The notes below the pieces were generated by a model. The model searched no databases and was not told the DNA's origin. It saw only the letters and a program-made list of their open reading frames with translations. A program made the translations under genes and the position numbers. Shown here piece by piece: positions 25,355 through 27,819 of a stretch of DNA of 27,819 nt (within the stretch, counting starts at the first letter, position 1; every line of letters starts with the position of its first letter). Location: NCBI GenBank assembly GCA_036351155.1, contig JAZBOO010000381.1, positions 1 to 27,819 on the forward strand, given 5' to 3'. This stretch comes from Candidatus Krumholzibacteriia bacterium. GTDB taxonomy: Bacteria; Krumholzibacteriota; Krumholzibacteriia; LZORAL124-64-63.

Positions 25355-25402
25355 GCCGGTACCTCGGGCTGGTGGACCTGAAATCGTTTATTGACGATCT
25401 CT

Positions 25403-25430
25403 ATCATACGCCATCGTCCGATCCGGTCAA
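25403..25430 (-). promoter_or_regulatory. Putative sigma70-type promoter for the deaminase gene
   Basis: TTGACC (25430-25425) - 16 bp - TATGAT (25408-25403). Confidence 0.55.
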
Positions 25431-25463
25431 GGCGGCCCCTGCGCTGCGCGATCCAAGCAACCC

Positions 25464-25492
25464 TTGTTGCCGGCTGACGGCTACCATATACT
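25464..25492 (+). promoter_or_regulatory. Putative sigma70-type promoter for the kinase gene
   Basis: TTGTTG (25464-25469) - 17 bp - TATACT (25487-25492). Confidence 0.5.
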
Positions 25493-25536
25493 GGACTTCT
25501 TCAATCTGTTTTTGACTCCGACGAATCGGGGGTTTC

Positions 25537-27762
25537 GTGAAAGACCAGGATCCCACTCTGCCTTCGGAAGACGGCTCCCCCTTCATGTCCGATGCCGAGA
25601 CCGTGGCCGACCATGCCTATGTGGCCGCGGGTCCGGGTCCGAACCCCGGGGCCAAGATCGGTCCTTACCGTTTGATCAAGGTCCTGGGCGAAGGCGGCAT
25701 GGGCGAGGTCTGGCTGGCCGAACAGAACCAGCCCATCCGGCGCCGGGTGGCCATCAAGATCATCAAGCAGGGCATGGACACGCGGCAGGTCGTGTCGCGG
25801 TTCGAATCGGAGCGGCAGGTTCTGTCGGTCCTGGATCATCCCAACATTGCCAAGGTCCTGGACGCCGGCACCACCAGGTGGGGCAAGCCCTTCTTCGTGA
25901 TGGAGTTCGTTCCGGGTGAAACCATCACCGAGTACTGCGACAAGAACCAGCTGACCACCCAGCAAAGGCTGGAGCTTTTCTTCCAGGTCTGTGACGGCAT
26001 CCAGCACGCCCACCGCAACGGGATCATTCACCGCGACATCAAGCCGGGCAATGTCCTGGTCACCTTTCAGAACACCAACCCGGTGCCCAAGATCATCGAC
26101 TTTGGCGTGGCCAAGGCCACCGATCTGCGTTTCGTCGAGAGATCCCTGTTCACCGAGGTGGGCCAGCTGGTGGGCACCCCCGAGTACATGAGTCCCGAGC
26201 AGGCGGAGATGTCGGACCTGGGCATCGACACCCGGACGGATATCTACTCCCTGGGCGTTTTGCTCTACCTGCTGCTGGTGGGCGTTTTGCCCTTCGACGG
26301 CAAGGAGCTGCGACGCGCCGGTCACGACGAGATTCGCCGGCGGATCCGTGAGGACGAACCCGCCTGTCCCAGCAGCCGCCTTTCGACCCTGGGGGCCGAC
26401 CTTCCCAGCCTGGCCAAAGCCCGGGGAACCAACCCCACCAAGCTGACCCAGGAGCTGCGTGGCGATCTCGACTGGATCGTCATGAAAGCCATGGAAAAGG
26501 ACCGCACCCGCCGCTATGAAACACCCACGGAGCTGGCCACGGACCTGCGCCGCCACTTACTGAATCAGCCCGTCAGCGCCAGTCCCCCCAGCACCGTGTA
26601 CCGGGTGCGGAAGTTTGTGCGGCGTCACACGCTGGGAGTGTCCTTCGCCGCGGTGGTGGCCCTTCTGCTGATCACCCTGGGCGTTTCGATGGTCATCCAG
26701 GCCGGCCGCATTGCCCAGGAGCGCGATCGCGCCAACGAGCAGGCCGCACTGGCGGCCAGGGAGGCGGAAACCTCTCGCCAGGTGGCAGATTTCATGGTGG
26801 GATTGTTCGAGGTTTCCGAACCCGGTCGAGCCCTGGGAGAATCCATCACCGCCCGGGAAATTCTGGACAGGGGAGCCGCCCGGATTCAGGAAGAGCTGGC
26901 CGATCAGCCGGTGGTGCGGGCCACCATGCTCCGAACCATCGGCCGGGTGTACACCGAGCTGGGCCTTTACCGGGAAGCCCGGCCCCTGCTGGACCAGGCC
27001 CTGCAGCTGGACGAGGAAAACGCCGATGACCTGACCGTGGCCGAGACCCTGCTCGACCTCTCGCAGCTTTTCAGCTGGCAAGGCGATCTGCTCGCAGCCG
27101 AGCAATCAGCCCGGCGTGCGGTGGCCCTGTTCGAGGAACACCACGGACCTGACCATCCCCGGGTGGCCGCGGGCTTGAACGCTCTGGGCAATACTCTGCA
27201 ACTCCAGGACAAGCTGGACGAAGCTCTGGTGGCGCACGGCCGGGCCCTGGCCATCCGCCAGGCTGACCCGGATGCCGGATCCGAGCTGGGGGCCAGCCTG
27301 CACAATCTGGCCATCGTTTATTACTTCCTGGAAAACTACCCCAAGGCCGAAGAATACTACTTGCAGGCGGCCGAGGTGGAACTTCGGCATTCCGGTCCGG
27401 ACAGTCCACACTACGCCACCTCACTCCACACCCTGGCCATGGTGTACCAGGAAATGGATCAGCTGGAAAAGGCTCTGGAGCTGGAAAAGCAGGCCACGGC
27501 CATCCGCGAGAAGACCCTGGGTCCCGATCACCTGCATCTGGCCTTCAGTCTCTGCGCCCTGGGGAACATGTACCGGCTTTCGGGTGATCTGGCCGCGGCC
27601 GAACCCCTTCAGCGCCGGGCGCTGGCCATCGGGGAAGCCTCGATTGGCCCGGACCACGAAGAAACGGTCTGGATGAGAGAAAGCCTGGCTTTGACCCTGA
27701 GGGAGTCCGGCAAGGTCCAGGAGGCCGAGGAGCTGCTGGGCCAGGCGGGATCGCCCGACTGA
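25537..27762 (+). CDS. Hanks-type Ser/Thr protein kinase with a transmembrane helix and C-terminal TPR repeats
   Basis: GEGGMGEV, VAIK, HRDIKPGN, IDFG, GTPEYMSPEQ, DIYSLG; TM LGVSFAAVVALLLITLGVSMVI; TPR units G.DHP.VA..LN.LG and SLHNLA. Confidence 0.96.
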   Translation: MKDQDPTLPSEDGSPFMSDAETVADHAYVAAGPGPNPGAKIGPYRLIKVLGEGGMGEVWLAEQNQPIRRRVAIKIIKQGMDTRQVVSRFESERQVLSVLDHPNIAKVLDAGTTRWGKPFFVMEFVPGETITEYCDKNQLTTQQRLELFFQVCDGIQHAHRNGIIHRDIKPGNVLVTFQNTNPVPKIIDFGVAKATDLRFVERSLFTEVGQLVGTPEYMSPEQAEMSDLGIDTRTDIYSLGVLLYLLLVGVLPFDGKELRRAGHDEIRRRIREDEPACPSSRLSTLGADLPSLAKARGTNPTKLTQELRGDLDWIVMKAMEKDRTRRYETPTELATDLRRHLLNQPVSASPPSTVYRVRKFVRRHTLGVSFAAVVALLLITLGVSMVIQAGRIAQERDRANEQAALAAREAETSRQVADFMVGLFEVSEPGRALGESITAREILDRGAARIQEELADQPVVRATMLRTIGRVYTELGLYREARPLLDQALQLDEENADDLTVAETLLDLSQLFSWQGDLLAAEQSARRAVALFEEHHGPDHPRVAAGLNALGNTLQLQDKLDEALVAHGRALAIRQADPDAGSELGASLHNLAIVYYFLENYPKAEEYYLQAAEVELRHSGPDSPHYATSLHTLAMVYQEMDQLEKALELEKQATAIREKTLGPDHLHLAFSLCALGNMYRLSGDLAAAEPLQRRALAIGEASIGPDHEETVWMRESLALTLRESGKVQEAEELLGQAGSPD

Positions 27763-27782
27763 CCCAGGTCAAACCTATCGCG

Positions 27783-27818
27783 TCACCGCCCCACAATCCG
27801 CAACAACCGCTTGAGAAT
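27783..27818 (-). CDS. Possible 3' end of a convergent gene entering from the right edge
   Basis: Minus-strand frame ...ILKRLLRIVGR-TGA (stop 27785-27783); too short to verify. Confidence 0.3.
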   Translation of the reverse strand: MLKRLLRIVGR

Positions 27819-27819
27819 C

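Overview
GC-rich bacterial window, almost entirely coding. It is probably from an FCB-superphylum-associated candidate lineage (Krumholzibacteriota/Latescibacterota/Eisenbacteria-like); this is inferred from four secreted proteins ending in FlgD-Ig/T9SS-like C-terminal domains and one ending in an S/T-W-x-x-(L/I/V)-K-x-x-Y-R tail. Left part (mostly minus strand): a partial membrane protein gene, a 273-bp near-perfect fold-back element filling the whole intergenic space behind an AraC regulator, a CTD-bearing secreted protein, beta-carbonic anhydrase, SIMPL protein, VOC protein, multi-TM hybrid histidine kinase, a small CCHC protein coupled to tsaA/trmO, a small membrane protein and an orphan trpF. 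Centre: a three-gene plus-strand operon for a secreted, divergent GH57 glycoside hydrolase plus two non-catalytic multi-CBM20-like proteins (a candidate extracellular alpha-glucan capture/degradation system with no SusC/D in this window), then a small helical secreted protein translationally coupled to a 1517-aa M12B/reprolysin-like metalloprotease. Right part: a two-lobed YD-repeat secreted protein, DoxX, a dCMP-deaminase-family protein and a TPR-type Ser/Thr kinase. No tRNA, rRNA, CRISPR array or transposase was recognised. Best leads: the GH57/CBM20 operon with two different sorting tails, the 186-458 rod-like hairpin, and the helical-protein/protease pair.
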